Origin: Patellaria atrata CBS 101060
Lineage: Eukaryota
DNA: 64,000 nucleotides
Assembly: GCA_010093705.1 (NCBI GenBank)
Contig: MU006094.1
Span: forward strand, 781,550-845,549
Direction of reading: 5' to 3'
Positions within the stretch are counted from its first letter, which is position 1; each line of letters starts with the position of its first letter. A program made the position numbers and the translations under genes. Positions 61,201 through 64,000 of this stretch are shown here, piece after piece. Below the pieces are notes generated by a model. The model searched no databases and was not told the origin of the DNA. It saw nothing but the letters and a program-made list of their open reading frames with translations.

Positions 61201-64000
61201 TTTGGATTGCTGGTTTGACTTTTGGAAGAGGGAGGCGAGGGCTGGCGCTTTTGATAGAAGAGGAGAGAGATGAGAGCGCATCGGCGGTCATTGGCGGGCG
61301 GGTGTGACTCGACGCAACCAAAGGACCCTTTCAACTTTCAGCGCCTCCCACTTCCCACGAACCCCAGCCAACCTAACCTAGAGATAGAACTAATAATCCC
61401 CCGGGGCCTTTTTTTTTCATCTCTCTTTACGTGTCCCTACACCAAATTTGGCCACAGCAGATACGTTTCGAGAATTTACTGGCAGTTACACTTCTATCTG
61501 TTGATCTCTTCGCTCCCTTTGACTATGCCGCCTTCCGGTTCCTACGGTAGCTTCTCCTTAAAACCACTACCTTATTAGGTGCTGCTTAATTGACTCCCTC
61601 ATTTTGCAGAAACACAAAAGCATTTTGCGTCCACAGCTGCATCACTAAAAAGGTACCTACAGCTTATTTTTGATTGCTCTTTGCAGTACTCGTACAGCTC
61701 CTTTCTTCACTTTCGCTGCTCTCACGTTTCCTGTACGAGGAGGCTGCACCCTTACTGTAACTTGTACCCATCTTATGCCCCTCAAAGAAATGCGAGCTGT
61801 AACGTCGTCTGCCTGAAAGCTGAAGAAGCCAATCCTAGCTTGAATATATTTTTGCAATAAAGTCTGCCTTTGTTACCTTTGTTTGGGATATCGATTCCAA
61901 CCAGTCATCGCTCCCTGGAATCCACCATTACCACTCCCCTCTCTTCCGTCTTTCGTGTAGAACTCTCGAGCCTATTCTCCGTTTGCATCACCTCAGCCTA
62001 GAGATGCTCCTCCCTCTCCTCCCTTCTGCCAACGCTCTGCCTACGACACGCAAACATACAGTAATGATCCGTGCCGTCTCTCGCGATCGTAATACTGCAA
62101 TTTACGGCAAGGTGGTGTCCTGTTCTGCAAAGCGATCCAATGATGTAGTTGCTGGCTGACCTTCCCCTCATCCATACGAATCCGTGCCACAAGCTGATTC
62201 GAGAGATTCAGCTTTTCCCTTGTTTCCAAAAAGGCCGGAAAGTCCGAGCGGGCGTCCTTCCCCAAAGAGAGGAATTAGTGTATTTATTTTCATTAACCCT
62301 TACCGCAATCGGTTGAATTTGCGTCCTTTTGACTCACCACTTTCACCTCCAGAGTAGACAGCAATCTTTCAGAAAAGATATTATTATAATTGCCCGCCAA
62401 CAGTGCCTAGTAAGCCCTTAGCAAATCTATCTGCAAAGTAGAATGCCGTGACGATTACGGACTGTGAAGAATCCATATGTGTTACGGAATCATATGACGA
62501 GCTATGTAAGCGTACCCTCTAATGGGTACGGTCTCAGTACAGTCATCCAGATACTCCGCGGGGACGGACGAAAGGCCTATTAGAGAGTGTCTCTGTTGAG
62601 ATGCCAAATCATCTTCAAGGCCAAAAAGGGTAACATGAAGCTCGTTGTATTATGGTTCCAGAACGCATAAACGCACCGAAGGCTTCGAGAAGTTGTTTTC
62701 AGGAGAAAGAAAATAATGGTTCGAATGCCTATGGAGAGCTCTGGATCAACGGAACACAGCCGCAAGAAAAGATTGTCATTCATCAGTGGCTGCCTTCGCC
62801 CAAAGACAAAACCTGCCGGATACGCTCTAGAGTCATAACTTTGAGCAACTTTGAGCTTTGTCTAGGATCGTAGTCAGCCAGATTGGCATTATCGCTGAGA
62901 ATGGTTCCCTCTCTCAAACACCTCATCAAATCGAAGTGAAGCTCCGGAAGGCGATTGTTCGATTCCGAGCTTCATCCGATCTCGCGGTGCTGATATCCTT
63001 GGGGTTCCGATGGATTGGGAAAGGTGGCAAAGTCTGGAGGCTGAGTCAACGCTTTTCAACCTGAACTGCCCGACCCGACATCATACATGGCAACAGTCGC
63101 ATCATGTCACCACCCAACAACCTCTCTAACCTCCACAGCCCACACCGTGATCGGAGGGTAATCTTTATTTGAGGAACAGGCAGCAGAGCCACGGGCGCAC
63201 AGAGCTCCAGAGTTCGGTAATGGGGAACCGTGGCACCATAACGTGACCGATACTCGTTGGCAACCATGGGCTGGCTGTATCAAAGACACTTCAGCAGAGA
63301 CGCATCCTTGGTCATTGTTGACTTGTGGGATGGATCAAGATTATTTTCTCATCTGTTCTGCTGACCGTGGTTATCCGCGGCGATGGTGGCCCTGAAGGAC
63401 AAAACGTGTCATCCACCTGAGCGTGAGATTCTTTGTTGTGAGTTCGTAAAAGGCTGGTGGCTGCCTGGAGGTCAATCTCGAGTTCTCGATCTAGCGTGCT
63501 TGACGATTGCTCATCGTGTGTGTGATGCCCAAAATTTCCGCAACGACAGTGAGACACGGGCTGAATGTGATTTTCATGGGGCGATATGAGATACTGCAGC
63601 CTAATTATGGCGATTATTGATTGGTTGTGCAGTCACCCATTTGCATGGTATTATTGACAACAGTAACCAGATAACAGCATTCTCGCACAGATTAATGCTG
63701 ATTCTCGAAAAGATTGACGAATACGCAAGATACGTGCAAGACGTGAGATTTCAGCTCAGATCGCCGTAGGCTGCTTTGAAGATAATGCATACTTCTTGAC
63801 GCAGGAACGATCATATTGGAATTATACAATAAGCAAGATATCTGGAAACAATCCAATCTCAGTCCAGGTATGTCGAGAGATGACGATAGTAACAGTTGAG
63901 AAGGTAGGCGCAAAACCACCAGGCAACAACCGCCAACAATCGCCCCGTCAGCTCAGATGCATAATGCGACAAGTCAATGAAAAGTAAGATGCAACCCCAG

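Overview
Eukaryotic DNA from a filamentous ascomycete (Pezizomycotina; short GT-AG introns with CTRAY-type branch points; class not determinable from this window). One 100-N assembly gap lies at 3103-3202. I could reconstruct about 17 intact genes by hand: a C2H2 transcription factor, a conserved hypothetical protein, a LARP7/Pof8-like La-RRM-xRRM protein, WBP11, HSP12, a Zn2Cys6 factor, a fasciclin protein, an MFS transporter, Mpv17/PMP22, a Pth11-like membrane protein, an LtrA-like membrane protein, a single-pass membrane protein, a small Cys-rich protein, NEW1/Elf1, SRP receptor alpha, YIF1 and a CLG1-type cyclin. Decayed sequence includes a glutamate decarboxylase pseudogene, a tandem pair of F-box pseudogenes, a 170-bp TA-flanked MITE and an SRP-RNA-like structured element. 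The most interesting signals concern translational control. The CLG1 cyclin appears to have a ~1.3-kb leader that is ATG-free apart from a few discrete uORFs (13-aa MATVMSIYESWGV and 34-aa ...KAFDFEGFLV). The C2H2 factor has an in-frame GUG in ideal initiation context after an ATG-free leader. All family assignments are from recognised motifs, not database searches.
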